This document shows positions 1-10,150 of a stretch of 64,000 bases of DNA, in pieces. The stretch is from Terriglobia bacterium. GTDB taxonomy: Bacteria; Acidobacteriota; Terriglobia; 20CM-2-55-15. Under the pieces are notes generated by a model, which was given only the letters and a program-made list of their open reading frames with translations, was not told where the DNA came from and did not search any database. The stretch is taken from assembly GCA_965198225.1 (NCBI GenBank), contig CBDAOY010000005.1, positions 640,001 through 704,000 on the forward strand, given 5' to 3'. Position 1 is the stretch's first letter. Each line of letters begins with the position of its first letter. The position numbers and the translations under genes are program-made.

Positions 1-1
1 C

Positions 2-274
2 ACCGAGGAGGTCTACCGCGGTATGCTCGTGGGAGAAAACGGCCGGGACGCCGATCTCGATGTCAACATCACCAAGGAAAAGAAGCTGACGAACATGCGC
101 GCTTCGGTTTCAGAGACCTACGAAAAGATCGTTCCGCCGCTCCGGATGTCGCTGGAACGATCCATCGAGTTCATCCGTGACGACGAGCTCATCGAGGTTA
201 CTCCGAAGAGTCTCAGGCTCCGCAAGCGTCACCTCGACCCGAACGAGAGAAAGCAACATGCGGCGAGGACGTGA
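2..274 (+). CDS. typA: Translational GTPase TypA/BipA, C-terminal fragment (5' truncated by window edge)
   Basis: Frame from nt 2 reads [57 protein letters not shown], the conserved TypA C-terminus. Confidence 0.95.
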   Translation, partial: TEEVYRGMLVGENGRDADLDVNITKEKKLTNMRASVSETYEKIVPPLRMSLERSIEFIRDDELIEVTPKSLRLRKRHLDPNERKQHAART

Positions 275-290
275 ATGGCGTGATGAAGGG

Positions 291-1715
291 TCAGCGTCCG
301 TTGTTCGCGAGGGTGGACTTGGCCAATTGAAGCAGCTTCTCGAGCCCCTTTCCGAAGATTTGTTTGGCGAACATCCGGATGCGAAAGCGCGAGGATTCTG
401 AGAGCTTCGGGATCAGGTCCGCCGTGCGCACCTCAAAAGCGTCGCCGGTCTGTTCGCACCGGACGGCCACGGGATCGTTCCCTTCGCAGTATTTCGGCAG
501 TTCCAGGGCGAGGACGAGTTCCAGTTCGGCCTTTGCCGGTTTCGAAAACTGGTAATGTATCCGGACGACGTTTGTCTCTCCGGGCTTGGAGGAACGCATG
601 TTGGATCCTGCCGCCGTTTCGTAAGGTGTCGTGTCGACGGAGGCGCTGGCGCTGAGCTGTGGCCCTCTCTTGTACTCTCGCTCGAGCCTGTCCACTTCAT
701 GATAAAGCGCCGTCAGCAGCAGCAGTCCCGCCTCCTCGACTCGCTCCGGCGTGTGGATGCCCTGGCGGGTTCGCGCCAGGTAGAGACCCTTGATGTCATT
801 CACCAGATCCTCGATCTCGGGAGCTTGCGCTTCGGCGAAACTATCTTCGACCAACTCGACCGCGTCGACGGTCCGCTCGAAGAGAAAATCAACCAGAGGC
901 TGGTGCATGCCGTCATCGGTCAGACGCAGGCAGGCAAAATACTCCTTTTGCCGGTCCATCAGGAACATGATCGGGATCGAAAGTGCGCGAAGGGTGTAAA
1001 AGGACGCCACGGCTCGCGCGACTCGTCCGTTACCACCCGAGAACGGATGAATCCAGAGGAGAGCCGAATGAGCATAGGCACCCTGTAGAATCGGGTGTGC
1101 CCCTAGAAAACTCTCGCTGCCGAGCTCTTCACAGAGTCGGTGCACCTCGGCGGATACCCGATCCACCGGAGCGTACGCGCGGACCACGCCGTTGTTTGTG
1201 ACGTGATTCGGATAGTTCTTGTACTCACCCAGGGGAAGTTGCTCATCCTGCCATCCCGCCCCACCGGTCAGTAGCCTGTAGGTCTGTTGGCCAGCGCAGA
1301 TTTCCTGGTGAAGTTTGCGCACCCAGGTTTCAACGAAAGGGACAGTTCCGGTCGCCAGGTCGAGCAGGTAGTCGTAGCCGTGGAGTTGGGACTCGATCAA
1401 GGCGCGTGTGCCCTCGGCTCTCTCGATAAGTTTTGCTTCCCACCCCCCCGCATTCATGGCCACGGCAATGGTGAAGTCGCGATTAACCTCGTAGAGTCCG
1501 TCGATTGCTCCAGTGTCGATTGCCGTCGCTCGCTTCACGACTTCCCGTGACCGGTCAAAAAGGTCCGCAGACTTCCTGTCCAGTTCCTCGAGCCTCGACT
1601 TGTGGCGTTCCCACCGGGCTTCATCGACGAAACACCCGGCCCACTTGTCGAAACCGGGGACCGGCTCGCACAGGGCGTCGATTTCGCGAGAATCCTGCAA
1701 GCTACCCAAATCCAT
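291..1715 (-). CDS. Fic family protein with C-terminal extension
   Basis: HPFSGGNGRVAR Fic motif; KLHQEI and GEYK..N motifs upstream. Confidence 0.9.
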   Translation of the reverse strand: MDLGSLQDSREIDALCEPVPGFDKWAGCFVDEARWERHKSRLEELDRKSADLFDRSREVVKRATAIDTGAIDGLYEVNRDFTIAVAMNAGGWEAKLIERAEGTRALIESQLHGYDYLLDLATGTVPFVETWVRKLHQEICAGQQTYRLLTGGAGWQDEQLPLGEYKNYPNHVTNNGVVRAYAPVDRVSAEVHRLCEELGSESFLGAHPILQGAYAHSALLWIHPFSGGNGRVARAVASFYTLRALSIPIMFLMDRQKEYFACLRLTDDGMHQPLVDFLFERTVDAVELVEDSFAEAQAPEIEDLVNDIKGLYLARTRQGIHTPERVEEAGLLLLTALYHEVDRLEREYKRGPQLSASASVDTTPYETAAGSNMRSSKPGETNVVRIHYQFSKPAKAELELVLALELPKYCEGNDPVAVRCEQTGDAFEVRTADLIPKLSESSRFRIRMFAKQIFGKGLEKLLQLAKSTLANNGR

Positions 1716-2022
1716 TTTCCAACTCTACGACAGGAGGAGCTTCTAGAAAAGAACGAAAGACCCGTCCCCAGCCCACAACATCCAAAGGCTTCAAGGGTCG
1801 GATTTTTTCGGTTCCGGATCGCTTCTGACATCTGATGGCGTTAGCCAGCAGCCCTCTTTTCTGTCACCCTGCCCGATCAGCTTGACGCAATTCTGGCGTT
1901 TCTTGATGGTGAAGGACCCGCGGTGAGCACCAGAACCGGCTTTCGTCGGTAAATATTCGCTAAGCAACACCTCAACGGATAACGGAGAATCGAGCCTGGA
2001 AAACCGAATCCGAGGAGGACCG

Positions 2023-4141
2023 ATGAGCGGTATCCGCCTTCTCCTGTCTTACTTCCGTGCCGCGACGCGCAATTGGCGGACCATCCCCGTTCTCGTTGCC
2101 GTGGTCCCGATACTGATGGCGGGCGCGTGTGGCGGGGCCCAAACCGACACCCTCTCGGAACTCGAAGCTCGGATCCGGGCGGCGACCGCGTCGGTGAACG
2201 ACGCTCGACTGGCCAGCGCCGACGACGATCCGGGCAACTGGCTCTCGACCGGCCGGAACTACGCCGAGGACCGCTACAGCGCCCTGGACGACATCAACGT
2301 CGACAGCGTCGGGGGCCTGGGCCTGGTCTGGAGCCTCGAATTGGGCACGAGGCGAGGACTCGAGGCCACACCGCTCGTCGTCGACGGGGTGATCTTCACG
2401 ACGGGGACCTGGAGCGTTGTGTACGCTATCGCCGCCCAGACCGGAGAGCTGATCTGGTCCTATGATCCGGAGGTCCCGGCCGTGTACGGCCCGCTCGCCT
2501 GCTGCGATGTGGTCAACCGCGGGGTCGCCCTGTATCGGGGGAAGGTCTACGTGGCGACCCTCGACGGTCGGCTCGTCGCGCTGGATGCCGCAACGGGAGC
2601 ACCCGTCTGGGCAACGCTCACGATCGATCGTTCGAAAGCCTACACCGTCACGGGGGCGCCGCGTGTGGCGGACGGCAAGGTCATCATCGGCAACGGCGGC
2701 GCCGAATACGGGGTCCGCGGCTACGTCACGGCGTATGACGCCGAGACCGGGGTACAGGTATGGCGGACCTACACCGTGCCGGGCGATCCGTCCTTACCCT
2801 TCGAGTCCGACGCGATTGCCAGAGCCGCCGATACATGGACCGGCGAGTGGTGGATCGCCGGAGGAGGCGGCACCGCGTGGGATTCGATGGCCTACGATCC
2901 CGACCTGGATTTGTTCTATGTCGGCACCGGCAACGGCTCGCCGTGGAACCGCGCGCACCGGAGTCCGGGCGGAGGAGACAACCTCTATCTCTCTTCGATC
3001 ATCGCGCTGCGGCCGTCCGACGGCGAGATGGTCTGGCACTTCCAGACGACTCCCGGCGACACCTGGGACTACACCGCCACCCAGCACATGATTCTCGCTG
3101 ACCTGGAGATCGAAGGTGAACCGCGAAGCGTGATCATGCAGGCGCCGAAGAACGGTTTCTTCTACGTGCTGGATCGGGCGACGGGCGAGTTCATCTCCGC
3201 CGAGAGTTTCATCGGGCTCAACTGGGCCGAGCGCGTCGATCCGAAAACGGGTCGGCCCGTCGAAGCTACCGACAGCGACTACATGGACGGCGCGATGGAG
3301 ATCACGCCCGGACCGCTCGGCGGCCATAATTTTCAGCCCATGGCCTATAACCCCCATACCGGGCTCGTCTACATCCCCACACATGAGTTTTCCAACACCT
3401 ATGCCGACGATCCCGGGTGGGACTACCGGCCGGTGGGGCTCAACCTTGCCGCCCGCGTAGGTAACGCTGATCAGGAGCCGACGGGTCACCTCCTGGCCTG
3501 GGATCCGGCCCGCCAGTCCGAAGCCTGGCGCGTTCCGCAGGCTGGGCCCTGGAACGGCGGCATCCTGACGACGGCCGGCGGTCTGGTTTTTCAGGGGGCG
3601 GCGGACGGACGCTTCGTCGCCTATCAGGCCGAGACGGGCGAGCAACTCTGGGAGAGTTTCCTGGGCACCGGGATCATCGCTGCACCGATCACTTATGAGG
3701 TCGACGGCCGCCAGTACGTGACCGTGATGGCAGGTTGGGGCGGCGCCTATGGGCTTCGCAGCGCGCCTGCTGGTGAAGCAGCCCGGTACGAGCAGGACGG
3801 CAGGATCTACACGTTCGCCCTCGTAGGCGAAGCGGCGCTCCCGCGCTTCACGAGACTGCAGCGAGAGGTTTACGCTGCCGAGGTCGACGCCACCGTAGAG
3901 GAGATCCAAACCGGCGCCATTCTCTACCGGCGGCACTGCAACGTGTGCCACGATGGAGTCATCCAGTGGGGTCATCCCTGCCCTGGCGTTCTCCACGAAA
4001 GAGGTCCACGAAAACTACGAATCGATCGTCCTCGGTGGATCCGGACGCGGTATGCCTGCATTTCAGGGCCGGCTGTCCACCGACGATGTCCGGTGGATCC
4101 ACGCCTGGATCGTTTCCGCAGCGCGGGAGTCGGACGATTGA
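2023..4141 (+). CDS. PQQ-dependent type II quinohemoprotein alcohol dehydrogenase; frameshift near 3952-3970
   Basis: Adjacent cysteines [28 protein letters not shown], heme motif CNVCH. The cytochrome c tail (GVIPAL..GMPAF..L) continues in ORF 3953..4141. Confidence 0.9.
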
Positions 4142-4232
4142 CGCGCGAATCTCTTGAACCCGCTTCCGGATTCAGGTCGGAGATCGGTCAAAAAACAGCA
4201 TAGAATAGACCCTTTGGAGAGGAGACTAGGCG

Positions 4233-5438
4233 ATGAATAGCTTACAGGTCTATGGCACGGCGCGTTGGTCCGTCGCCGCTCTGGTGTTGGTTCTTGCGAC
4301 CGCAGGTTTTGTCTGGCAGGCGGAAGGCATGGGAAGCCCCCCGGCGGCGGTCGATGAAGTCTTCGAGACGGCCGACTACCGCATTCGTGTGGTGGGACTC
4401 GCCGAGGGACTCGCGAATCCCTGGAGTCTGGCGTTTCTTCCGAACGGCGACATGCTCGTCACCGAAAAGCCCGGGCGCCTCCGACTGATCCGCGACGGTG
4501 TTCTTATGCCGGATGCGGTGCCTGGCGTGCCCGAGGTCGACCCGAGGCGGCAGGGTGGCCTGATGGACGTGGTTCTGCACCCCCAGTTTGCCGAGAACAG
4601 CTGGGTCTACCTGACGTACTCGAAACCCGACGAGGGCGACAACGACAATGCGACTACCGCTCTTGCCCGCGGTAGCTTCGATGGATCTCGCTTCACCGAC
4701 GTCGAAGACCTGTTCGTCGCCAATGCCTGGGCGGAGACCGGCGGGCACTATGGGTCGCGGCTCGCGTTCACCCCCGACGGCAAGCTCTTCATGAGCATCG
4801 GGGAGCGGCAACAGCGGGACCGGGCCCAGGACACCACCGACCATGCGGGAACCGTGTTGCGCCTGAACGATGACGGCAGTGTTCCCGACGACAACCCGTT
4901 CATCGGCCGGGCCGGCTTCTTACCGGAGATCTACTCCTACGGGCACCGAAGTCCCCAGGGCCTGACGGTCCATCCCGAGACCGGGGAGGTCTGGGAGAAC
5001 GAGCACGGCCCGCGCGGGGGCGATGAGGCAAACCTGATCCTGCCGGGCCGGAACTACGGCTGGCCCATAGTCAGTTACGGCCGCGAGTATTCGGGCGAAA
5101 TCATCACCAATCAGCCGTGGAAGGAAGGTCTGGAGCCGCCGAAGTACTACTGGGTGCCGTCCATCGCGATCTCGGGGATGACGTTCTACACCGGCGATCG
5201 CTTTCCGGAATGGAAAGGGAACCTGTTTGTGGGCGGGCTCAGACACTACGTCGTTCAGCGGGTGGCGCCCCTGAACCAGCGCGGTGGCTTCGAGCGGGAA
5301 CCCCTGCTCACGGAATTACGGCTCAGGATTCGCGATGTCCGACAGGGACCGGACGGTTTGCTCTACGTCGTGGCCGACGGCGACCTCACCCGTCGAGGTG
5401 CCACGGGGGCCGTTCTGAGGATCGAGCCTGTTGATTGA
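4233..5438 (+). CDS. PQQ-dependent soluble aldose/sugar dehydrogenase (YliI/Asd-like), exported
   Basis: Signal peptide; QGGLMDV, GHYGSRL, SYGHRSPQGL, EHGPRGGDE, NYGWP, RIRDVRQGPDG motifs. Confidence 0.92.
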   Translation: MNSLQVYGTARWSVAALVLVLATAGFVWQAEGMGSPPAAVDEVFETADYRIRVVGLAEGLANPWSLAFLPNGDMLVTEKPGRLRLIRDGVLMPDAVPGVPEVDPRRQGGLMDVVLHPQFAENSWVYLTYSKPDEGDNDNATTALARGSFDGSRFTDVEDLFVANAWAETGGHYGSRLAFTPDGKLFMSIGERQQRDRAQDTTDHAGTVLRLNDDGSVPDDNPFIGRAGFLPEIYSYGHRSPQGLTVHPETGEVWENEHGPRGGDEANLILPGRNYGWPIVSYGREYSGEIITNQPWKEGLEPPKYYWVPSIAISGMTFYTGDRFPEWKGNLFVGGLRHYVVQRVAPLNQRGGFEREPLLTELRLRIRDVRQGPDGLLYVVADGDLTRRGATGAVLRIEPVD

Positions 5439-6288
5439 GCGGAACGGAAGTTCCGATGGAACGGGTCCTGTCGGCGCGATCTGGCGCTATCCCGTCAAGT
5501 CCATGTCGGGAGAGGAGCTGAACGAGGCCGACGTCGTCGAGGGTGGCCTCCTCGGGGATCGTGTCTACGCGCTGGCCGACCCGTCCAATGGAAGGGTTGC
5601 CAGCGCCAAGCACCCGCGCAAATGGGGCCCGTTGCTCGAATTCCGCGCTTCCTTGACCGAGCCGCCTGTGCCTGATCGACCGATGCCGACTGCCCGGATC
5701 ACCCTGCCCGACGGCCGAGTCGTTACCGGCGACCAGGACAACGTAGACACCGTCCTCTCCGGCGAATTGGGTCGTTCGGTGACCCTGACCGCGACGCGCC
5801 CGGAGTCCCCCAGCGTCGAGCGCATGGACCCCTTCGACCCTGAAGCGATCATGGACATCGGGCCGTTCATGATGAAGGGAAGATTCTCAGACTATGCCGC
5901 CCTCCACGTACTGACCACCGCCACCTTGGACCGCCTCCGGGAGCTCTACCCGCAGGGGCGCTTTGAACCCCGTCGGTTCCGTCCGAACATCGTCATAGAG
6001 TCTCCCCTCGACCGGCCGGACTTCGTGGAGAATGCCTGGGTCGGTCGAACGCTTGCGATCGGCGGCGAAGTTCGCCTTCGGATCACCGATCCGTGCCCAC
6101 GATGCTCGATCCCTACTCTGGGTCAGGGCGACCTGCCGGGAGATCCCGGGATTCTGCGCACGGTGGCTGAGCACAACACGGTCCCTGTTCCCGTCCTGGA
6201 CGGAGAGAACCTGCCAAGCGCGGGCGTCTATGCGTTCGTGATTCGTGGAGGAAGGGTCCACCGTGGTGACCGCGTTCGCCTCGAGTAG
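5431..6288 (+). CDS. MOSC domain protein
   Basis: IWRYPVKS, GDRVYA, RRFRPNIV, PCPRC motifs. Confidence 0.9.
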   Translation: MIERNGSSDGTGPVGAIWRYPVKSMSGEELNEADVVEGGLLGDRVYALADPSNGRVASAKHPRKWGPLLEFRASLTEPPVPDRPMPTARITLPDGRVVTGDQDNVDTVLSGELGRSVTLTATRPESPSVERMDPFDPEAIMDIGPFMMKGRFSDYAALHVLTTATLDRLRELYPQGRFEPRRFRPNIVIESPLDRPDFVENAWVGRTLAIGGEVRLRITDPCPRCSIPTLGQGDLPGDPGILRTVAEHNTVPVPVLDGENLPSAGVYAFVIRGGRVHRGDRVRLE

Positions 6289-6341
6289 GCAAAGGCGACG
6301 CCTGAGCTTGTGAGAACTCAGAGAGGAGCTGGAACAGGATC

Positions 6342-6518
6342 ATGGCAGATGCAGAGAAGAAGGGTATAGGGTGTGGGGCCTTCCTGATTCTCATCGGGCT
6401 GGCAATGTTCGCGGAACGCGTCGGATGGATACCCGAGGCGAACTGGCTGCTCCCGGCAGCGCTCATCGCGATGGGAGCGGGCGTGATCTATAACGCGGTT
6501 TCCGGCCGGGGAGAGTAA
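6342..6518 (+). CDS. Small two-TM membrane protein (58 aa; LiaF-TM-like), missing from ORF track
   Basis: MADAEKKGIGCGAFLILIGLAMFAERVGWIPEANWLLPAALIAMGAGVIYNAVSGRGE*; AGGA upstream. Confidence 0.65.
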   Translation: MADAEKKGIGCGAFLILIGLAMFAERVGWIPEANWLLPAALIAMGAGVIYNAVSGRGE

Positions 6519-6541
6519 AGCGCCCGATGGCTCACGGATGA

Positions 6542-7066
6542 TTATCGCTTCAACAGGTAGTGCAGTACCACGATCCCGCTGCCGTAGATCTTGTTGCCGG
6601 TAAGTTCTAGCTCGCACTGTTGGATCTCACCTGAAAACAGCGGGATGCCCGAGCCGAACAGGACAGGATTCAGCTTGATGATCAATTCGTCGATGAGACA
6701 GCTTCGAAACAGCATTGTTGCCAGCTCTGCGCCGCCACAGAGCCAGATGTCCTTGCCGTCTCCGTTTTTCAGGTCCCGGACGAGTTCCGTCGCCCCTTCC
6801 GAGACGAGCGTGACGTTCTCGTCGGGACTCTCCTCCATGGTGCGCGAGAAGACGAACTGGCGCATCGTCGGATAAGGGTTCGTCTTGCCTTCCCGCAGGC
6901 CGACTTCATACGTTTTTCGGCCCATCAGGACGACATCGAACCACTCGTAGGACGCGAAGAAATCGGCCACGAGTTCGTCGTCCCACACGAAACCATCGAA
7001 GGACCCGTCTCGGTGGGCGATGAACCCGTCCAGGGTCATCGCCACGTAGTATTTAAGCGTTCTCAT
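6542..7066 (-). CDS. Dihydrofolate reductase / RibD C-terminal family protein
   Basis: YVAMTLDGFIA, LMGRKTY, DIWLCGG, LIDE..NPVLFGSGIPLF. Confidence 0.9.
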   Translation of the reverse strand: MRTLKYYVAMTLDGFIAHRDGSFDGFVWDDELVADFFASYEWFDVVLMGRKTYEVGLREGKTNPYPTMRQFVFSRTMEESPDENVTLVSEGATELVRDLKNGDGKDIWLCGGAELATMLFRSCLIDELIIKLNPVLFGSGIPLFSGEIQQCELELTGNKIYGSGIVVLHYLLKR

Positions 7067-7089
7067 AGTGGAATGCCAAAGCGGGGCGT

Positions 7090-7557
7090 TTACATCCCGT
7101 CCCAGTTCCAGATCGCGTAGCCGGTCGCGTTGTCCAGCTTGTGCCCGCACTCCTTCAGCGTCAGCAGGATGCTTCCGCGGTGGTGGCTCTCATGAGCGAT
7201 GAAGTACGCCAGCGTCGTCGGTGTCCCCTTCTTGAATCCGCGGCGTTTGGGTTTTCCCGATATCAGATCCTCGAAGAAAGACTCCAAAGCTTTGGCGGAG
7301 GCATTCAGGGCACGTTTCAATTGACGTTTTGTGGGCGGTATCTTGGATGGGAATTGTTCAAGGCTGACGGAGAGGTCTTTCGCTCGCTTCTCGAGATGCC
7401 ACACCCGGTTGTTGTGCATGTGGGCGAACTGCAGTGCAACATCACGGCCTCCGCGCTTCGAAAGCGTGCAGTTCATCCCGGCGTCACTGATCTTGTCGAT
7501 CAGGAACAGGTTGATCCGGTTGTTGGTGCGCCAGGCTTCGAGGGTTTCCTGAAGCAT
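7090..7557 (-). CDS. DinB/YfiT family protein
   Basis: FAHMH and HESHHRG metal-binding histidines; GAGGAG RBS. Confidence 0.85.
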   Translation of the reverse strand: MLQETLEAWRTNNRINLFLIDKISDAGMNCTLSKRGGRDVALQFAHMHNNRVWHLEKRAKDLSVSLEQFPSKIPPTKRQLKRALNASAKALESFFEDLISGKPKRRGFKKGTPTTLAYFIAHESHHRGSILLTLKECGHKLDNATGYAIWNWDGM

Positions 7558-7595
7558 GTCTTCTCCTCGTCCGGGTTGGAACGATCGCGAACGGC

Positions 7596-7632
7596 AAAAA
7601 GCCGGGAGCTGCGCTTTCCTACAGCTCCCGGC
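7596..7632 (-). terminator. Intrinsic terminator after the NHL gene pair
   Basis: 11-bp stem GCCGGGAGCTG/CAGCTCCCGGC followed by T5 on the minus strand. Confidence 0.8.
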
Positions 7633-7662
7633 GTGGGTCCATCGGGCGTGCACCAGCCCCGT

Positions 7663-8685
7663 TTATTGCTTCACGTACTTCTTCAGGTCCTGCGGCCCGA
7701 CTTCTGCGCCGTAGATATTACCCGCTCGATCGACGGCAACGCCTTCGGCTCCACTCGTGCCGGCCCGATCGGCGTCGGGTACGGGATCAGGGATGAAGGC
7801 TGTGACGAAGCCGTCCTTGGCGCTGGCGATCCGGATACCTCTCTTGTAGCCCGGGTTGCTGCGGGAGTTCGATTCCGAGTCCGCCACATAGATGGTATCG
7901 CCGGCGTCGATGAACACGCCGCTCGGTCGTCCGAATTGGTACCAGTGGGCGATGAAGTTGCCGTCCTGGTCGAAGATCTGGACGCGACGATTGTTGCGGT
8001 CGCCGACGAAGAGGCGGCCCTCGGAATCCATAGCCAGCGCGTGCGGATCCTGGAATTCGCCCGGTGCCGTTCCTGTCTGTCCCCACGCCTTGATGAAGGT
8101 CCCGTCGCTCGAAAACTTGACGATGCGGTTGTTTCCGCCCCGGCCGTGGCCGTCGGCCACGAAGATGTCGCCGCTTGGAGCGACCAGCACGTCGGAGGGC
8201 TGGTTGAATGTATCCGGACCGTCACCGGCGATCCCGGCCTTGCCCAGCCGCATCAGAACCTCGCCCTCCGCGCTGAACTTGATGACCTGATGGCCCTGAT
8301 CACCTTCGCCGCGGGCGTCGGCAATCCAGACGTTATTGTCGGGATCCACAAAAATGCCGTGAGGCCACACGATCATTCCTGCGCCGAAACTCTTCAAAAG
8401 CTCTCCCGAGGAATCAAACAACAGGATCGAGTCGACGTTGTCCCTGCCGACACAGCTGTTCTGGCCGCATCGTTCTCCGACCCATATGTTGCCGCTGCCG
8501 TCCTGGGCGGGATAGACGGCGCTTGTCGATCCCCACTCTCTTCCTTCGGGCATCTGCGCCCAGCCTTCGACCGTGCGATGGATGTTCGGGGCGTGGTTCT
8601 GCGCGTGCGCCGCAGTCCCCAGTAACGCGATCACCGCCGTCGCGGCGACCACCTGCGTGAATCTCACTCGTTCAGAATGCGACAT
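7663..8685 (-). CDS. Exported NHL-repeat beta-propeller, PAL-like (Cys-containing paralog)
   Basis: Signal peptide; PHGIFVD, FNQPSDV, DPHALAMDS, VGDRNNRRVQIFD; ERCGQNSC motif (C73). Confidence 0.88.
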   Translation of the reverse strand: MSHSERVRFTQVVAATAVIALLGTAAHAQNHAPNIHRTVEGWAQMPEGREWGSTSAVYPAQDGSGNIWVGERCGQNSCVGRDNVDSILLFDSSGELLKSFGAGMIVWPHGIFVDPDNNVWIADARGEGDQGHQVIKFSAEGEVLMRLGKAGIAGDGPDTFNQPSDVLVAPSGDIFVADGHGRGGNNRIVKFSSDGTFIKAWGQTGTAPGEFQDPHALAMDSEGRLFVGDRNNRRVQIFDQDGNFIAHWYQFGRPSGVFIDAGDTIYVADSESNSRSNPGYKRGIRIASAKDGFVTAFIPDPVPDADRAGTSGAEGVAVDRAGNIYGAEVGPQDLKKYVKQ

Positions 8686-8718
8686 CGCAGTCCTCCCTTG
8701 ATTTCGCCTGGTGTTTTG

Positions 8719-9744
8719 CTACTGCTTCACGTACTTCTTCAGATCCCGAGGACCGACTTCGGCACCGTAGATGTTGCCGGCCGCATCCACCGCGACTCCT
8801 TCCGACCCGCTTGTCGCGGAGTTGTCCGGGTTCGGCTCGGGATCCGGGATGAAGTTCGTCACCCAGCCGTCCTTGGCGCTTCCGATACGGATACCCCGCT
8901 TCCAGCCCGGGTTCCGGCGCGTGTTCGATTCCGAGTCGGCGGAATAGAGGATATCGTTGACGTCGATGAAGAGCCCACTGGGCCGGCCGAACTGTGTCCA
9001 TGTCGTGATGTAGTTACCGTCCTGGTCGAAGATCTGGACCCGGCTGTTGTACCGGTCGCCGATGAACAGGCGTCCCTGAGAATCCATCGCCAGGGCGTGA
9101 GGGTCGTGGAACTCTTCGTCGCTCGATCCCGTCTTCCCCCACGACTTGATAAAGGCTCCAGTACTCGAGAACTTGGCGATGCGGTTGTCGTCGCCCCGCC
9201 CGAGATGGCCGATCGCGACGAAGATGTCGCCGTTGGGGGCGACCAGGACATCGGACGGCCCGTTGAAGCTATCGGGCCCGTCACCCCTGCCTCCGGGCGT
9301 GCCCAGGGTCATCAGGACCTCTCCATCCGGACTGAACTTGAACACCTGGTACCCCTTTTCTTCTGCCCTTCCGGTGTCTGTGACCCAGACGTTGTCCTCG
9401 TGGTCGACGAAGATCCCGTGCGGCTGTACGATCATTCCCGCGCCGAAACTCGCTAGAAGCCTTCCCGACGCGTCGAACAAGAGAACCGGATCGACATCTT
9501 CTCTGCCGCTGCAGTTGTTCTGACCTCATCTTTCGGCGACCCAGATCTTGCCGCTTCCGTCACGAGCCGGAAATACTGCGCTCATCGATCCCCAGGTCCG
9601 CTGGTCGGGTAGCTGAGCCCAGCCTTCGACCGCGCGATACGGATTGGGGGCATGGTTCTGGCCGGATGCCGCCAGTCCAGATAATGCGATTACGGCGGTG
9701 GCGGCAATCACCTGCGTGAGTCTCGATCGGCTGGGACGCGACAT
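8719..9744 (-). CDS. Exported NHL-repeat/PAL-like protein, putative selenoprotein (in-frame UGA = Sec73 at 9526-9528)
   Basis: ORFs 9526..9810 and 8719..9480 share one frame. ER*GQNNC aligns with ERCGQNSC of the neighbour; a hairpin follows the UGA; selB is in the window. Confidence 0.8.
9472..9525 (-). promoter_or_regulatory. Candidate bacterial SECIS element
   Basis: After UGA: GUC-A-GAACAA pairs with UUGUUC-GAC, GAGAA with UUCUC, apical GAU-GUCG-AUC; alternative CUGC-AGCG-GCAG stem 11 nt after UGA (paired by eye). Confidence 0.55.
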
Positions 9745-9879
9745 CGCAGTCCCTCCTTCGGAAGAAGAATTCGCGTGCGGCTGAGTGCCTGGTGACCTGT
9801 GACAGGCCACTAGTTATAAACCAGGGGGCGTGCGATTGCGAAAAAAAGCTTCCAAGGAGAACTTCACAAGAACCTGAGT

Positions 9880-10150
9880 CTAGTGGCCTGAGTCAGAAAT
9901 AACGTCACTATCGCCGACGGGTGTTGTTCGTGCACGGGCGGAATCTGGAAAGCTATGTCGCTTCAGCGACCCTAAGGTTTTTGCTGTAGCGGGGGCAACA
10001 CCCGTCGGCCTAAAGGATTCGGGCGGAACGGGGCCGTCTTCGTTGTCGTCGACTCCTACCAATGAAAGAGCATTGCGTCGTCGTCGACTCCTAGAATCCG
10101 ACGCCGGTCCGCCGAACGCTGGTACCGATAGTACTGTTACAGGTCACTAG
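9880..10150. mobile_element. MITE, CTAG-flanked family (271 bp)
   Basis: CTAG-TGGCCTG...GTTACAGGTCA-CTAG ends; internal CTCCTAGAATCCGACG shared with other copies. Confidence 0.8.

Noticed and set aside
8719-9810. Pseudogene or two-gene reading of the second NHL gene
   Set aside because: The only break is an in-frame TGA at a Cys-aligned codon, so Sec recoding fits better, though it is unproven.
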